Both the position numbers and the translations under genes were made by a program. Positions 43,415 through 54,939 of a stretch of DNA of 64,000 bases are shown here, piece after piece; positions within the stretch are counted from its first letter, which is position 1, and every line of letters begins with the position of its first letter. The notes beneath the pieces were generated by a model that had not been told where the DNA came from, did no database searches, and was given only the letters and a program-made list of their open reading frames with translations. The DNA is taken from NCBI GenBank assembly GCA_020248405.1, contig JADCHQ010000017.1:5734-69733 (forward strand). Direction: 5' to 3'. This stretch comes from Rhodocyclaceae bacterium (GTDB lineage Bacteria > Pseudomonadota > Gammaproteobacteria > Burkholderiales > Ga0077523).

Positions 43415-44605
43415 ATGAAGAACCATCGTTCCCTGAGCATCAAACACCTCGCAGCCCGTACCCTCGCCGTGGCCACGGCCGCCGCCCTGGGCGTGAGTCT
43501 GGGCGCTGCCCAGGCCGCCCCCCTGCAGAAGATCGGCAAGGGCGAAGGCCGCGTGGACATCGTGGCCTGGCCCGGCTACATCGAGCGCGGCGAGACCGAC
43601 AAGAGCTTTGACTGGGTGACCGACTTCGAGAAGAAGACCGGCTGCAAGGTCAACGTCAAGACCGCCGGCACCTCGGACGAGATGGTGGCCCTGATGAACG
43701 AAGGCGGCTTCGACCTGGTCACCGCCTCGGGCGACGCGAGCCTGCGGCTGATCTCGGGCAAGCGTGTGCAGGAGGTCAACACCAAGCTCATCCCCAGCTA
43801 CGCCAAGGTGGATCCGCGGCTGCAGAAGGCGCCCTGGCACTTTGTGGACGGCAAGCATTACGGCGTGCCCTACCAGTGGGGCTACAACGTGCTGGCCTAC
43901 AACACCAAGGCCTTCAAGGAGCCGCCCAAGAGCTGGAAGGTGGTGTTCGAGGAGATGACCCTGGCCGACGGCAAGTCCAACAAGGGCCGCGTGCAGGCCT
44001 TCGACGGCCCCATCTACATCGCCGACGCCGCGCTCTACCTCAAGGCCAACAAGCCCGAGCTGGGCATCAAGGACCCCTACCAGCTGAACGAGGCTCAGTA
44101 CAAGGCCGCCCTGGACCTGCTGCGTGCCCAGCGCAAGCTGGTGTCGCGCTACTGGCACGACGCCATGGTGCAGATCGACGACTTCAAGAACGAGGGCGTG
44201 GTGGCCTCCTCCTCCTGGGGCTTCATGGTGAACCTGCTCAAGGGCGAGGGTAAGCCCATCGCCAGCGTGGTGCCCGTGGAAGGGGCCACCGGCTGGGCGG
44301 ACACCACCATGCTGCATGCCAATGCCAAGAACCCGAACTGCGCCTACCTGTGGATGGAGCACTCCATCAACGAGAAGCTGCAGGGCGACCTCTCGGCCTG
44401 GTTCGGCTCGGTGCCCTCCGTGCCCGCGGCCTGCAAGGGAAACAAGCTGTTGGGCGACGATGGCTGCAAGACCAACGGCTACAACGAGTTCGACCGCATC
44501 TCCTTCTGGAAGACGCCTGTGGCCAAGTGCGAGCTCCACAAGGAAGGCTGCGTGCCCTACTACCGCTGGGTGTCCGACTACATCGCCATCCTCGGCGGCC
44601 GCTGA
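43415..44605 (+). CDS. ydcS: Polyamine ABC transporter substrate-binding protein
   Basis: AWPGYIERG, DWVTDFEKKTGC, WADTTM, VPYYRWVSDY; operon context. Confidence 0.88.
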   Translation: MKNHRSLSIKHLAARTLAVATAAALGVSLGAAQAAPLQKIGKGEGRVDIVAWPGYIERGETDKSFDWVTDFEKKTGCKVNVKTAGTSDEMVALMNEGGFDLVTASGDASLRLISGKRVQEVNTKLIPSYAKVDPRLQKAPWHFVDGKHYGVPYQWGYNVLAYNTKAFKEPPKSWKVVFEEMTLADGKSNKGRVQAFDGPIYIADAALYLKANKPELGIKDPYQLNEAQYKAALDLLRAQRKLVSRYWHDAMVQIDDFKNEGVVASSSWGFMVNLLKGEGKPIASVVPVEGATGWADTTMLHANAKNPNCAYLWMEHSINEKLQGDLSAWFGSVPSVPAACKGNKLLGDDGCKTNGYNEFDRISFWKTPVAKCELHKEGCVPYYRWVSDYIAILGGR

Positions 44606-44635
44606 TGCGGCTGCGTTCCACCCGCGCTCCCGGCC

Positions 44636-45679
44636 ATGGCCGGTGAGGGCGTGCCGGCAGTCACCTTCCAGGGCGTCTGCCGGCATTTCGGCGAAGTCCG
44701 CGCCGTCGACGAGGTGTCCTTCAGCATCGCCGACGGCGAATTCTTTTCCATGCTCGGCCCTTCGGGCTCGGGCAAGACCACCTGTCTGCGGCTGATCGCC
44801 GGGTTCGAGCGGCCCGACCGCGGCCACATCCAGGTGCACGGCGTCAACGTGGAGGGCGTGCCCCCCTTTGATCGCGACGTGAACACCGTATTCCAGGACT
44901 ACGCCCTGTTCCCCCACATGAGCGTGGGCGAGAACGTGGAGTACGGCCTGATGATCCGCAAGGTGCCCCGGGCCGAGCGGCGCAAGCGCGCCGAGGAGAT
45001 GCTGGGCCTGGTGAAGCTCGACGGGCTTTACGCACGGCGGCCCGGGCAGCTCTCGGGCGGCCAGCGCCAGCGCGTGGCGCTGGCGCGCGCGCTCATCAAC
45101 CGGCCGCGCGTACTGCTGCTGGACGAGCCGCTGGGCGCCCTGGACCTGAAGCTGCGCGAGGCCATGCAGGCCGAGCTCAAGACCATCCAGCGCCAGGTGG
45201 GCATCACTTTCGTGTACGTCACCCACGACCAGGGCGAGGCCCTGTCCATGAGCGACCGCCTCGCCGTGTTCAACCACGGCCGCATCGAGCAGATCGGCGC
45301 GCCCGCCGAGGTGTACGACCATCCCGCCACCCAGTTCGTGGCCGGCTTCGTGGGCCAGACCAACCTGCTGGAGGGCTACCTGGCCCAGCGCCTGGGCGGC
45401 TTTCCGGCGAGCTATGCCGTGCGGCCCGAGCGCATCCGCATCCTGCCGGCCGAAGCCGAGGTGCCGCCGGGGTTCGCCAGCATCGACGGACGCGTGTCCG
45501 CTGTCACCTACCTGGGCGCCAATTCGCGCGTGGAGGTGGAGGTGGACGAGGGCGGCCGCCTGCAGGTGGTGGAGCAGAACGTGGAAGGCGGCATGGCCAT
45601 GGAGGGCCGGGCGCCCGGCACGGCGGTGCGGCTGGTGATCGAGCGCCGTCACATCCAGGCGGTTTCCGAGAGCCGATGA
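44636..45679 (+). CDS. ydcT: Polyamine ABC transporter ATP-binding protein
   Basis: GPSGSGKT, LSGGQ, LLLDEP; operon context. Confidence 0.88.
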   Translation: MAGEGVPAVTFQGVCRHFGEVRAVDEVSFSIADGEFFSMLGPSGSGKTTCLRLIAGFERPDRGHIQVHGVNVEGVPPFDRDVNTVFQDYALFPHMSVGENVEYGLMIRKVPRAERRKRAEEMLGLVKLDGLYARRPGQLSGGQRQRVALARALINRPRVLLLDEPLGALDLKLREAMQAELKTIQRQVGITFVYVTHDQGEALSMSDRLAVFNHGRIEQIGAPAEVYDHPATQFVAGFVGQTNLLEGYLAQRLGGFPASYAVRPERIRILPAEAEVPPGFASIDGRVSAVTYLGANSRVEVEVDEGGRLQVVEQNVEGGMAMEGRAPGTAVRLVIERRHIQAVSESR

Positions 45680-46617
45680 CCGCCGCGACGCTGCCCGCGC
45701 CGCTTCCCCGCGGTGGCGGTGTGTCCCGTTTCCTCTACGGCCGGCCGGGTCTGGTGCTGCTGTTGTTGCTGGCTCCGCCGCTGCTGTGGCTGGGCATCAT
45801 CTACCTGGGCTCGCTGTTCACGCTGCTGGCCCACAGTTTCTTCTACCTGGACGAGTTCTCGGGCGTGATGGTGCGCGAGGTCTCGCTGGACACGTGGAAG
45901 GAGTTCTTCCGCAGCCCGGCCCACTGGGACGTGGTGCTGCGAAGCGCCCTCATGGCCGCGGCTGTGACGCTGGCGAGTGCGCTGATCGCCTTTCCGCTGG
46001 CCTACTACATGGTGCGCTACGCGGGCCTGCGGCTGAAGGGCCTGCTCTACCTGGCGGTGATGCTGCCGCTGTGGTCGAGTTATCTGGTGCGGGTGTATGC
46101 CTGGAAGCTGATCCTGGCCAAGGAAGGCATCGTGAGCTGGCTGGCGGCGCAGACGCACCTCACCTGGCTGCTGGAGGCGCTGCTGGCCACGCCGGTGGTG
46201 GGCGGCCCGTCGCTGTCCACCTCGTACTTGGGCACGTTCACCGTCTTCACCTACATCTGGCTGCCGTTCATGATTTTGCCCATCGTGGCGGCGCTGGAGC
46301 GGGTGCCCGCCACGGTGATCGAGGCCTCGGGCGACCTGGGGGCCAACCCCGGGCAGACCTTCCGGCGGGTGATCCTGCCGCTGGCATTTCCCGGCGTGGT
46401 GGCGGGCTCCATCTTCACCTTCTCCCTCACACTGGGCGACTACATCATCCCCAGCATCATCGGCAAGTCCACGCCCTTCCTGGGCGAGACGGTGTACCGG
46501 CTGCAAGGCACCGCGGGCAACATTCCGCTGGCCGCAGCCTTCACCGTGGTGCCCATCGTGGTGATGGGCGTCTACCTGATGATCGCCAAGCGGCTGGGAG
46601 CCTTCGATGCGCTCTAG
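45676..46617 (+). CDS. ydcU: Polyamine ABC transporter permease
   Basis: TM segments; EASGDLGA (EAA-like loop). Confidence 0.85.
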   Translation: MTAATLPAPLPRGGGVSRFLYGRPGLVLLLLLAPPLLWLGIIYLGSLFTLLAHSFFYLDEFSGVMVREVSLDTWKEFFRSPAHWDVVLRSALMAAAVTLASALIAFPLAYYMVRYAGLRLKGLLYLAVMLPLWSSYLVRVYAWKLILAKEGIVSWLAAQTHLTWLLEALLATPVVGGPSLSTSYLGTFTVFTYIWLPFMILPIVAALERVPATVIEASGDLGANPGQTFRRVILPLAFPGVVAGSIFTFSLTLGDYIIPSIIGKSTPFLGETVYRLQGTAGNIPLAAAFTVVPIVVMGVYLMIAKRLGAFDAL

Positions 46618-47428
46618 CAGCCGCCAGGGGCCACGCGCCGGGATCGGCCTGAAGGCCGCCACGCTGGGCGCGGTGCTGTTCCTGCATGTGCCGCTGCTCA
46701 TCATCATCCTCTACGCCTTCAGCATCGAGGAGCGCAGCTTCCAGTTTCCGATCCCGGGCTTCACAACCCAGTGGTTCGCCGTGGCCTGGGAGCGCGAGGA
46801 CGTGCGCCGCGCCCTGTGGCTGTCGGTGAAGGTGGGGGCCATCGCCACCGCCGCGGCCCTGGTGATGGGCACGCTGGCCGCCGCCGCCGTGTGGCGCTCG
46901 CGCTTCTTCGGGCGCGAGGCCATCTCGCTGCTGCTGATCCTGCCCATCGCCCTGCCGGGCATCATCACCGGCATCTCGCTGCGCTCCGCCATGGGGCTGC
47001 TTGAGATTCCGTTCTCCACCTGGACGCTGGTGATCGGCCACGCCACCTTCTGCATCGTGGTGGTTTACAACAATGTGCTGGCGCGCTTTCGCCGCACCAG
47101 CCGGGCTCTCATCGAGGCCTCCATGGACCTGGGCGCCAACGGCTTCCAGACCCTGCGCCACGTGATTCTGCCCAACATCGCCACGGCGCTGCTGGCCGGC
47201 GGCATGCTGGCCTTCGCCCTGTCCTTCGACGAGGTGATTGTCACCACCTTCACCGCCGGTCAGCAGGCCACGCTGCCCATCTGGATGCTCTCCGAACTGA
47301 TCCGGCCGCGGCAGCGGCCCGTGACCAACGTGGTGGCGGTGTTCGTCATCGCCGTCACCTTCATTCCCATCGTGCTGGCCTTCTACCTGACCCGCGACAC
47401 CCAGGACACGGCCGGCGCACTCAAGTAG
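46607..47428 (+). CDS. ydcV: Polyamine ABC transporter permease
   Basis: TM segments; EASMDLGA; FALSFDE. Confidence 0.85.
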   Translation: MRSSSRQGPRAGIGLKAATLGAVLFLHVPLLIIILYAFSIEERSFQFPIPGFTTQWFAVAWEREDVRRALWLSVKVGAIATAAALVMGTLAAAAVWRSRFFGREAISLLLILPIALPGIITGISLRSAMGLLEIPFSTWTLVIGHATFCIVVVYNNVLARFRRTSRALIEASMDLGANGFQTLRHVILPNIATALLAGGMLAFALSFDEVIVTTFTAGQQATLPIWMLSELIRPRQRPVTNVVAVFVIAVTFIPIVLAFYLTRDTQDTAGALK

Positions 47429-47470
47429 ATCCCGCGCCCCGTGGCGCTACCGTCCCAGGAGACCACCATC

Positions 47471-48898
47471 ATGAACACCGAACTGATCATCGGCGGCAAG
47501 TCCGTGAAGGGCGAGGGCGACGCTATCGCCGTGCTCAACCCGGCCACCGGCGCCGTGCTGGCCAGCGTGCCCGAGGCCACGCCCGGGCAGGTGGACGCCG
47601 CGGTGCAGGCGGCGAAGAAGGCCTTCGACGGGTGGTCGCAGACCACGCCGGCCGAGCGCTCGGGCCTGCTGCTCAAGCTGGCCGCGCGCATCGAGGACGA
47701 GGCCGCCGCGCTTGCCAAGGTGGAGTCGCAGAATGCCGGCAAGCCCCACGCCCGCGCCCTGGGCGACGAAATGCCGGCCGTGGCCGATGTGTTCCGCTTC
47801 TTCGCCGGTGCGGCGCGCTGCCTGGGCGGTTCGGCCGCCAAGGAGTACCTGGCGGGCCACACCAGCATGATCCGCCGCGACCCCATCGGCGTGGTGGGGC
47901 AGATCACGCCCTGGAACTACCCCCTGATGATGGCGGCCTGGAAGCTCGGTCCCGCCCTGGCGGCCGGCAACTCGCTGGTGATCAAGCCCTCGGAGATGAC
48001 GCCGCTCACCACCCTCATGCTCGGCCGGCTGTGCGCCGAGATCTTTCCCGAGGGCGTGGTCAACGTGGTGCACGGCCGCGGCCCGGCCACCGGGCAGTCG
48101 CTCATCTCCCATCGCGACGTGGCCATGGTGTCCATCACCGGCAGCGTGGGCACCGGCCAGGCGGTGATGCGCGCCGCCGTGGACACCATCAAGCGCACCC
48201 ACCTGGAGCTGGGCGGCAAGGCGCCGGTGATCGTGTTCGACGACGCCGACCTGGAAGCGGTGGTCAACGGCGTGAAGGTGTTCGGCTACTACAACGCCGG
48301 CCAGGACTGCACCGCCGCCTGCCGCATCTACGCGGGCCGCAAGATCTACGACAAGCTGGTGGCCGACCTGGGCAGCGCGGTGGGATCGCTCAGGATGGGC
48401 CCCACCGACGCCGAGGACACCGAGCTGGGCCCGGTGATCAGCGCCGCCCAGCGCGATCGCGTGGCCGGCTTCGTGGACCGCGCCGCGGCCCTCAAGCACA
48501 TGAGCATCGTCACCGGCGGCAGGAAGGGCGAGGGCAACGGCTTCTACTACCAGCCCACGGTGATCGCGGGCGCGCGCCAGGACGACGAGATCGTGCGCAA
48601 GGAGGTGTTCGGCCCGGTGGTGTCCATTACCCCCTTCAGCGACACCGACGAGGCCATCGCCTGGGCCAACGACTCCGACTACGGCCTGGCCTCCTCGGTG
48701 TGGAGCAAGGACGTGTCGCGCGCCATGAAGGTGGCCGCGCGCCTGCAGTACGGCGCCACCTGGGTCAACACGCACTTCATGCTCGCCACCGAGATGCCCC
48801 ACGGCGGGCTGAAGATGTCCGGCTACGGCAAGGACATGTCCATGTACGGGCTGGAAGACTACACCGTGGTGCGGCACGTGATGGTGAACCTGGGCTGA
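47471..48898 (+). CDS. patD: Gamma-aminobutyraldehyde dehydrogenase
   Basis: [27 protein letters not shown]; follows ydcSTUV as ydcW does in E. coli. Confidence 0.9.
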   Translation: MNTELIIGGKSVKGEGDAIAVLNPATGAVLASVPEATPGQVDAAVQAAKKAFDGWSQTTPAERSGLLLKLAARIEDEAAALAKVESQNAGKPHARALGDEMPAVADVFRFFAGAARCLGGSAAKEYLAGHTSMIRRDPIGVVGQITPWNYPLMMAAWKLGPALAAGNSLVIKPSEMTPLTTLMLGRLCAEIFPEGVVNVVHGRGPATGQSLISHRDVAMVSITGSVGTGQAVMRAAVDTIKRTHLELGGKAPVIVFDDADLEAVVNGVKVFGYYNAGQDCTAACRIYAGRKIYDKLVADLGSAVGSLRMGPTDAEDTELGPVISAAQRDRVAGFVDRAAALKHMSIVTGGRKGEGNGFYYQPTVIAGARQDDEIVRKEVFGPVVSITPFSDTDEAIAWANDSDYGLASSVWSKDVSRAMKVAARLQYGATWVNTHFMLATEMPHGGLKMSGYGKDMSMYGLEDYTVVRHVMVNLG

Positions 48899-48920
48899 GG
48901 CGCAGCCGCAGCGCACTGAG

Positions 48921-48948
48921 AGGGGCCCCGCGGGGCCCCTTGTTTTTT
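48921..48948 (+). terminator. Rho-independent terminator
   Basis: aggggccccgcggggcccct followed by tgtttttt. Confidence 0.85.
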
Positions 48949-49006
48949 GTCGAAGCTTCGTGCACCGCCCGGCGCGGAACCGGCTGGCAGAGCCGGCCGC
49001 GAAGGA

Positions 49007-49036
49007 TTGTGCGGTCGTTATAACGAAAGTTACAAT
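49007..49036 (+). promoter_or_regulatory. Toxin-antitoxin promoter/operator
   Basis: TTGTGC - 18 bp - TACAAT, with palindromes CGTTATAACG (49016-49025) and TAAC-GAAA-GTTA (49021-49032) overlapping the spacer. Confidence 0.55.
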
Positions 49037-49076
49037 ACCGCTGGCTTTCAACACGATCCGCGTACAGGAGGCAAAC

Positions 49077-49301
49077 ATGGCCACCCTGAAAATCACCACC
49101 GTGGGCAACTCGGCAGGTGTGGTTCTTCCCAGGGAAGTTCTCGCCCGCCTGCGGGTGGAAAAGGGCGATTCGCTCTACCTGGTGGAGACGCCCAACGGCA
49201 TCGAGCTCACTCCGTATCGCCCTGACTTCGCGGCGCAGATGGACATGGCGGAGACCATCATGCGCGAGAACCGCGACGTGTTGCGGGAGCTTGCCAAATA
49301 G
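49077..49301 (+). CDS. AbrB/MazE-family antitoxin
   Basis: LKITTVGNSAGVVLPREVL; AGGAGG RBS; adjacent to doc. Confidence 0.9.
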   Translation: MATLKITTVGNSAGVVLPREVLARLRVEKGDSLYLVETPNGIELTPYRPDFAAQMDMAETIMRENRDVLRELAK

Positions 49302-49694
49302 GTGGACGATCCGGTCTGGGTGGCCGACGCCGTGGTGGCGGCCGTCCACAAGCGGCAGCTGGCCGAGCACGGCGGCGCCGACGGTGTCCGGGATGCCGGG
49401 TTGCTGGCGTCGGCGCTGGCAAGGCCCAGGCATCTGGCCGCGTACGCGCCCCGCGGCGTGTCCCTCGGCCAGCTTGCCGCCGCCTACGCGTTCGGGATCG
49501 CGCGCAATCACCCCTTCGCGGATGGCAACAAGCGCACCGCGCTGGTGGTGTCCCTGTTGTTCCTGCGGCTGAACGGCTGCACCGTGACCGCCTCGGCGGA
49601 GGACCGGCTGGAGGTGTTCGTTGCGCTGGCCGATGGCAGCCTGACCGAGGACGCGCTGGCCTCATGGTTCGATGCCCACCTCGCGCCGGTGTGA
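49302..49694 (+). CDS. doc: Doc-family (Fic) toxin
   Basis: [10 protein letters not shown] motif; [15 protein letters not shown]. Confidence 0.92.
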   Translation: MDDPVWVADAVVAAVHKRQLAEHGGADGVRDAGLLASALARPRHLAAYAPRGVSLGQLAAAYAFGIARNHPFADGNKRTALVVSLLFLRLNGCTVTASAEDRLEVFVALADGSLTEDALASWFDAHLAPV

Positions 49695-49731
49695 AGCGCG
49701 CATCGTCCGCCGCCCTGTCTGCGCGATCCTC

Positions 49732-51957
49732 GTGAACCCGCCCTCGAACGCCGTTCTCCCCGATGACCACCGTACGATGCGCCTGCGCATCGAGGGCATG
49801 ACCTGCGCCTCGTGCGTCTCCCGCGTGGAGAAGGCGCTGCTGCGCGTGCCCGGCGTGACGTCGGCCTCGGTGAACCTGGCCACCGAGCAGGCCGAGGTGG
49901 TGGCGCCGGGCGTGGCGCCGGAGCAACTCTCCGGCGCGGTCACCGCTGCCGGCTACGGGGCAACGCTGGTGGTTGAAGATGCGGCGGCATCGCCCGCAAT
50001 GCAGGAAGCAGCGTCGCGTTCGCGCCTCCCGCCCTGGTGGCCCGTCGCGCTTGCCGCCGCGCTGTCGCTGCCGCTGGCGCTGCCCATGGCGGGAGCGCTG
50101 TTCGGGCGCCACTGGATGCTGCCGGGCTGGGCGCAGTTCGCCCTGGCCTCGCCGGTGCAGTTCTGGCTGGGCGCGCGCTTCTACCGCGCCGGCTGGAAGG
50201 CGCTGCGCGCGGGCGCGGGCAACATGGACCTGCTGGTGGCGCTGGGCACCAGCGCGGCCTTCGGCCTGAGCACCTGGCACCTGCTGGCGGATCGCGCTGG
50301 CATGCCGCACCTGTACTTCGAATCCGCCGCGGTGGTGATCACGCTGGTGCTGCTGGGCAAGTGGCTGGAGGCGCGTGCCAAGCGCCAGGCCACCGAGGCG
50401 ATCCGCGCGCTGCAGGCGCTGCGGCCAGAGCGGGCGCGGGTGCGGCGCGAGGGCGGCGAGGCGGAGGTGCCCGCCGGCAGCGTGCGGCCCGGCGAGATCG
50501 TGGTGGTGCGCCCGGGCGAGCGCATGCCCGTGGACGGCGTGGTGGTGGAGGGCGCCAGCCACGCCGACGAGTCGCTCATCACCGGCGAGAGCCTGCCGGT
50601 GGCCAAGCACCCGGGTGACCCGGTCACCGGCGGCAGCGTCAACGCCGAGGGTGTGCTGGCCGTGCGCACCACCACCGTGGGCGCGGAATCCACCCTGGCG
50701 CGCATCGCGCGGCTGGTGGAATCGGCCCAGGCGCGCAAGGCGCCCATCCAGCGCCTGGTGGACCGCGTGGCCGAGGTCTTCGTGCCCGTGGTGGTGGTGC
50801 TGGCCGTGGCCACGCTGCTGGGCTGGGGCCTGGTCATGGGGCGCTGGGAGGAGGGTCTGCTCAATGCCGTGGCCGTGCTGGTGATCGCCTGCCCGTGCGC
50901 GCTGGGGCTGGCCACCCCCGCGGCCATCATGGCGGGCACGGGCGTGGCGGCGCGCCACGGCATTCTCATCAAGGACGCCGAGGCTCTGGAGAACGCCCAC
51001 GCCGTGAATACGGTGGCCTTCGACAAGACCGGCACGCTTACCCGCGGACGCCCGGAACTGGTGGCGGCCGAGGCCGCGGCCATTACGCAAGCGGAGCTGC
51101 TGGCGCTGGCGGCGGCGCTGCAGCAGGGCAGCGAGCATCCGCTGGCGCAGGCCACCCTGGATGCGGCCGCGCAGCGCGGCGTGGCCGCGCCGCTGGCGCA
51201 GGCCGTTCACGCCGTGCCCGGGCGCGGCGTGGCCGGGACCGTGGGAGGCCGCACCTTGATGCTGGGCAGCGAGCGCGTGGTACACGAAGCCGGCCTGGAC
51301 GAGGGCGGCCTCTCGGCGCGCGCCGCGCAACTGCGCGCCGAGGGCCGCACCGTCTCGTGGCTGGTGGAGGCGGGCACGCCGCCGCGCGTGCTGGGCCTGC
51401 TGGCCTTCGGCGACGCGCTGCGCGACACCGCGCGCGAGGCCATCGCACTGCTCGCCGCCCAGGGCGTGACCTGCGTCATGGTCACCGGCGACAACCGCGG
51501 CAGCGCCGAGGCCGTGGCCGCGCAACTGGGCATCACCGAGGTGCGTGCCCAAGTGCTGCCCGGCGACAAGGCCGCCGTGGTGGAAGCGCTGCGCAAGCAG
51601 GGCCGGCACGTGGCCATGGTGGGCGATGGCATCAACGATGCCCCCGCCCTGGCGGCGGCCGACGTGGGCATCGCCCTGGGCAGCGGCACCGACGCCGCCA
51701 TGCAGGCAGCCGGCATCACCCTCATGCGTCCCGACCCGCGGCTGGTGGCTGATGCCATCGCCATCTCCCGGCGCACCCGTGCCAAGATCCGCCAGAACCT
51801 CTTCTGGGCCTTTGCCTACAACGTGGTGGGCATCCCGCTGGCGGCCTTCGGGCTGCTCAACCCCGTGATCGCCGGCGCCGCCATGGCGGCGTCGAGCGTG
51901 AGCGTGGTGGGCAATGCGCTGTGGTTGCGGCGGTGGCGGCCGGCGGGGGGTGGGTGA
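49732..51957 (+). CDS. copA: Cu(I)-translocating P1B-type ATPase
   Basis: GMTCASC, TGES, CPC, DKTGT, SEHP, GDGIND, YN and MAASS. Start uncertain (GTG 49732 or ATG 49777). Confidence 0.92.
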   Translation: MNPPSNAVLPDDHRTMRLRIEGMTCASCVSRVEKALLRVPGVTSASVNLATEQAEVVAPGVAPEQLSGAVTAAGYGATLVVEDAAASPAMQEAASRSRLPPWWPVALAAALSLPLALPMAGALFGRHWMLPGWAQFALASPVQFWLGARFYRAGWKALRAGAGNMDLLVALGTSAAFGLSTWHLLADRAGMPHLYFESAAVVITLVLLGKWLEARAKRQATEAIRALQALRPERARVRREGGEAEVPAGSVRPGEIVVVRPGERMPVDGVVVEGASHADESLITGESLPVAKHPGDPVTGGSVNAEGVLAVRTTTVGAESTLARIARLVESAQARKAPIQRLVDRVAEVFVPVVVVLAVATLLGWGLVMGRWEEGLLNAVAVLVIACPCALGLATPAAIMAGTGVAARHGILIKDAEALENAHAVNTVAFDKTGTLTRGRPELVAAEAAAITQAELLALAAALQQGSEHPLAQATLDAAAQRGVAAPLAQAVHAVPGRGVAGTVGGRTLMLGSERVVHEAGLDEGGLSARAAQLRAEGRTVSWLVEAGTPPRVLGLLAFGDALRDTAREAIALLAAQGVTCVMVTGDNRGSAEAVAAQLGITEVRAQVLPGDKAAVVEALRKQGRHVAMVGDGINDAPALAAADVGIALGSGTDAAMQAAGITLMRPDPRLVADAIAISRRTRAKIRQNLFWAFAYNVVGIPLAAFGLLNPVIAGAAMAASSVSVVGNALWLRRWRPAGGG

Positions 51958-53112
51958 AGGCGGTTGCCACACAATTCACGACGTGGTGCGAGCTTCTAAA
52001 GCGGCACGCCGCCCGCGGCGTGCTTGAGAGGCAAGGCTCGGCGCAAACGCCAGCCGCGCTCGCATGCCCGTCGAGCCTCAACTCTGCTGGTCCGGTAGGT
52101 GTCCCGGTCGTAATCGGCCAGTTGGCGAGTGCTTCAGGGCCAGGCTTTGACGCAAGGGTGCACTGCTCGGGGCATTGCCCACAGTTGTATATTTGAAACA
52201 AATGCTTGCTCGCGACGCCACGGATCCGCCCCGGGGAACCCCGAACACGTCCTCGACCCGAAAGTCGTCAAGATGCTTCCGGATCGAGCGGTGAATCCAT
52301 GAAGCGAGTGACGCTGGCAAGCAGCGGTTTCCCGAAAATCAAAAGGCGCCACCTCCTTTGGGATCTCACGGGCAGCGCGGGCCGAGGACAAGTCCATTCG
52401 GGTATCGCTGTGCACATTGATGAATCCATCTTGTCATCACCTCCCACAGCAAGGCGTCGGAGGCTAGGAGGATGATGCTGCGAATCCGCTGGCGGCAATC
52501 ATGGTTCAACCTGCCCCACCTGAGGACCGCGCAGGCGCTGCACGGGTCGGACGAGCGGCGCCACACTCCCCGCAGCGCCCGCGGCCGAGCGGGTGAGACC
52601 CATCCGTATCGAGAGGCGAGGCAGAGAGACTTTGACGCTACCGTCCGCCTGGGCGTAGACCAAAAGAGCAAACGGACTCACGCAGTGGTAACCACAACAG
52701 CCAGAATCGCATGCGCAACGGTCAGCCCGGAGATGCTTGATGGTGAGGGTGACGGCAACCGAATCGCATCTCGCGAGGCACACTGGAACAGCGCAGCCGT
52801 TACGAACGTGTGGCGCGGGACCAGGCTGATGCACAAGCACCCGCGTACCGACGATCGGGAAGATGCAAGCGTGTCCAGGCCTGGGCAAAAGGCGGTTTGC
52901 TCTGGAGTGTTCCATGTGGTCGGCCCGCGCGACAGACACATTCGCTGTTGCACCAGGGGGGCGCACGGGATGTTGCGGTGCCAAAGCGAGGCGGGATGGG
53001 ATGCGCGCTCCTGGAACGCAGCGCGTAGAGACATCCCGGGCACCCATCCAGGGCATGGGTTTCGCAACTCCGCTGCCGCTGTTCTGACCGACGGCGCACC
53101 CACGACCGCCCT

Positions 53113-54936
53113 ATGAGCCAGGTTTCTTCCGTTTCATCCAGGGATCAGCTTCGCCCCCTCCTGCTTCGATTGTGGGGGCATATTGGTCCGCATCGCCGCA
53201 TGCAATTCATGCTGGTGGCCGGCCTCACCACGCTCGCATCCTTTGCCGAAGTAGTAACCATCGGTACGGTCATCCCCTTCCTTATGGCGTTGACCTCGCC
53301 CCAGACGCTGTACAAGCATGCCGCCGCGCAGTCGTTGATTGCTTTTCTCGGCATCAGCAGCAAAGAGGACCTGGTACTGGTGCTGACGTGCTGTTTCGCG
53401 GCCGCTTCTGTTGGTGCGGGCTTGTTGCGTGTCGCGCTTCTTTGGGCCAATGCGCATTTCTCCTCGCGAACCGGGGCCGATTTGAGCATCAGCATCTATC
53501 GCCGTACGCTATACCAACCCTACGCCGTGCACGTATCCCGCAACACGGCCGATGTCATCGGGGGAGTCACCATCAAGACCAGTGGTCTGGTCAGCAACGT
53601 CTTCAGTCCCGCGCTGACGTTGATGAGCACCATGATCATGATGCTGTCAATTCTTGGCGCCTTGGTCTTCATCGATCCAATGATCGCACTGGGCGCGCTG
53701 GGCGGGTTCGCATTGATCTACGGCGTCATCATGAAGTTCACGAGACGGCGACTGGCAAATAACAGTGAACGGACTACCCGAGAACTCAACCGCGCCATAA
53801 AAGTCCTGCAAGAAGGCTTGGGCGGCATTCGAGATGTTCTGATCGATGGCACGCAGAAGATCTACTGCGAAACCTACCGTCTCGCCGACCTGCGGATGCG
53901 TAACGCGCACGCCAACACCTTGTTCCTCAGCCAGTATCCGCGCTTCCTGATCGAGGCGCTGGGTACGGTCCTAATCGCCATCGTGGCTTATGTGCTGGCC
54001 GGCCGCGAGGCTGGAGTGGGAGAGGCCCTGCCGGTGCTTGGGGCGCTTGCTCTGGGCGCGCAGCGGATGCTGCCAGTGGTCCAGCAAGGCTACGCCTCTT
54101 GGGCCAGTATCATAGGAAGCAGAGGGTATCTAGCCGACACCATTGCCTTGCTGGATCAACCGCTGCCCGAATACCTCGATACGAAGCCGATCGAGCCGCT
54201 TCGCTTCAAAAAAGAAATCTGCCTCAAACAGATCGCCTTTCGTTACACGCCAGACACTCCATGGGTTCTGAACAACGTCGACTTGACCATCGCCAAAGGC
54301 CGGTGCGTAGGATTTATCGGAGAAAGCGGTAGCGGGAAAAGCACGTTGCTCGACATTGTCATGGGGCTGCTTACACCCACAAGCGGCGCGCTCGAAGTCG
54401 ATGGGCAAGTCATTTCGGTCGCCAACCAGCGTTCCTGGCAGGTGCTGGTCTCCCATGTTCCGCAGGCAATCTTTTTGACAGACAGCAGCGTGGCGGAAAA
54501 CATTGCATTCGGTGTGCCGACGGAGGAGATTGACATGGATCGCGTGCGCCGGGCGGCGCGGCGTGCCCAGATCGCGGATTTGATCGAAAGCTGGCCAGGT
54601 GGCTACGGGGCCACTGTGGGGGAGCGCGGCGTGAAACTGTCAGGCGGGCAACGCCAGCGCATTGGGATCGCCCGTGCTCTCTACAAGCAGGCCGAGGTCA
54701 TCATCTTCGACGAAGCCACCAGCGCCCTGGATAATCAAACCGAAGAGGCCGTGATGCGCGCGATCGAAGGGCTGGGTAAGGATCTGACCATACTCATCAT
54801 CGCCCATCGTCTTTCCACGCTGAGTATCTGCGATGAAATCGTAGAGATCAGCAATCAACGCATTTTGCGCATTGGCACCTATGCCGAGGTCGTTACGCAG
54901 CGTCAGGCGGCCAACGCGGTTTCCGAGCGAGCCTAA
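53113..54936 (+). CDS. ABC transporter permease/ATPase (PglK/MsbA-like glycan flippase)
   Basis: N-terminal TM domain; GESGSGKS, LSGGQRQR, DEATS; heads a sugar-biosynthesis locus. Confidence 0.85.
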   Translation: MSQVSSVSSRDQLRPLLLRLWGHIGPHRRMQFMLVAGLTTLASFAEVVTIGTVIPFLMALTSPQTLYKHAAAQSLIAFLGISSKEDLVLVLTCCFAAASVGAGLLRVALLWANAHFSSRTGADLSISIYRRTLYQPYAVHVSRNTADVIGGVTIKTSGLVSNVFSPALTLMSTMIMMLSILGALVFIDPMIALGALGGFALIYGVIMKFTRRRLANNSERTTRELNRAIKVLQEGLGGIRDVLIDGTQKIYCETYRLADLRMRNAHANTLFLSQYPRFLIEALGTVLIAIVAYVLAGREAGVGEALPVLGALALGAQRMLPVVQQGYASWASIIGSRGYLADTIALLDQPLPEYLDTKPIEPLRFKKEICLKQIAFRYTPDTPWVLNNVDLTIAKGRCVGFIGESGSGKSTLLDIVMGLLTPTSGALEVDGQVISVANQRSWQVLVSHVPQAIFLTDSSVAENIAFGVPTEEIDMDRVRRAARRAQIADLIESWPGGYGATVGERGVKLSGGQRQRIGIARALYKQAEVIIFDEATSALDNQTEEAVMRAIEGLGKDLTILIIAHRLSTLSICDEIVEISNQRILRIGTYAEVVTQRQAANAVSERA

Positions 54937-54939
54937 TTC

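Noticed and set aside
42233-45652. 1139-aa minus-strand ORF and many other long antisense or alternate-frame ORFs
   Set aside because: Shadow frames of well-supported genes in high-GC DNA; no recognisable motifs.
52625-52660. ccgtccgcctgggc resembling the ZTP riboswitch 3' stem, and an ops-like GACGGTAGCGT on the minus strand
   Set aside because: No matching 5' aptamer domain nearby; the ops-like motif is in the wrong orientation for the glycan operon.
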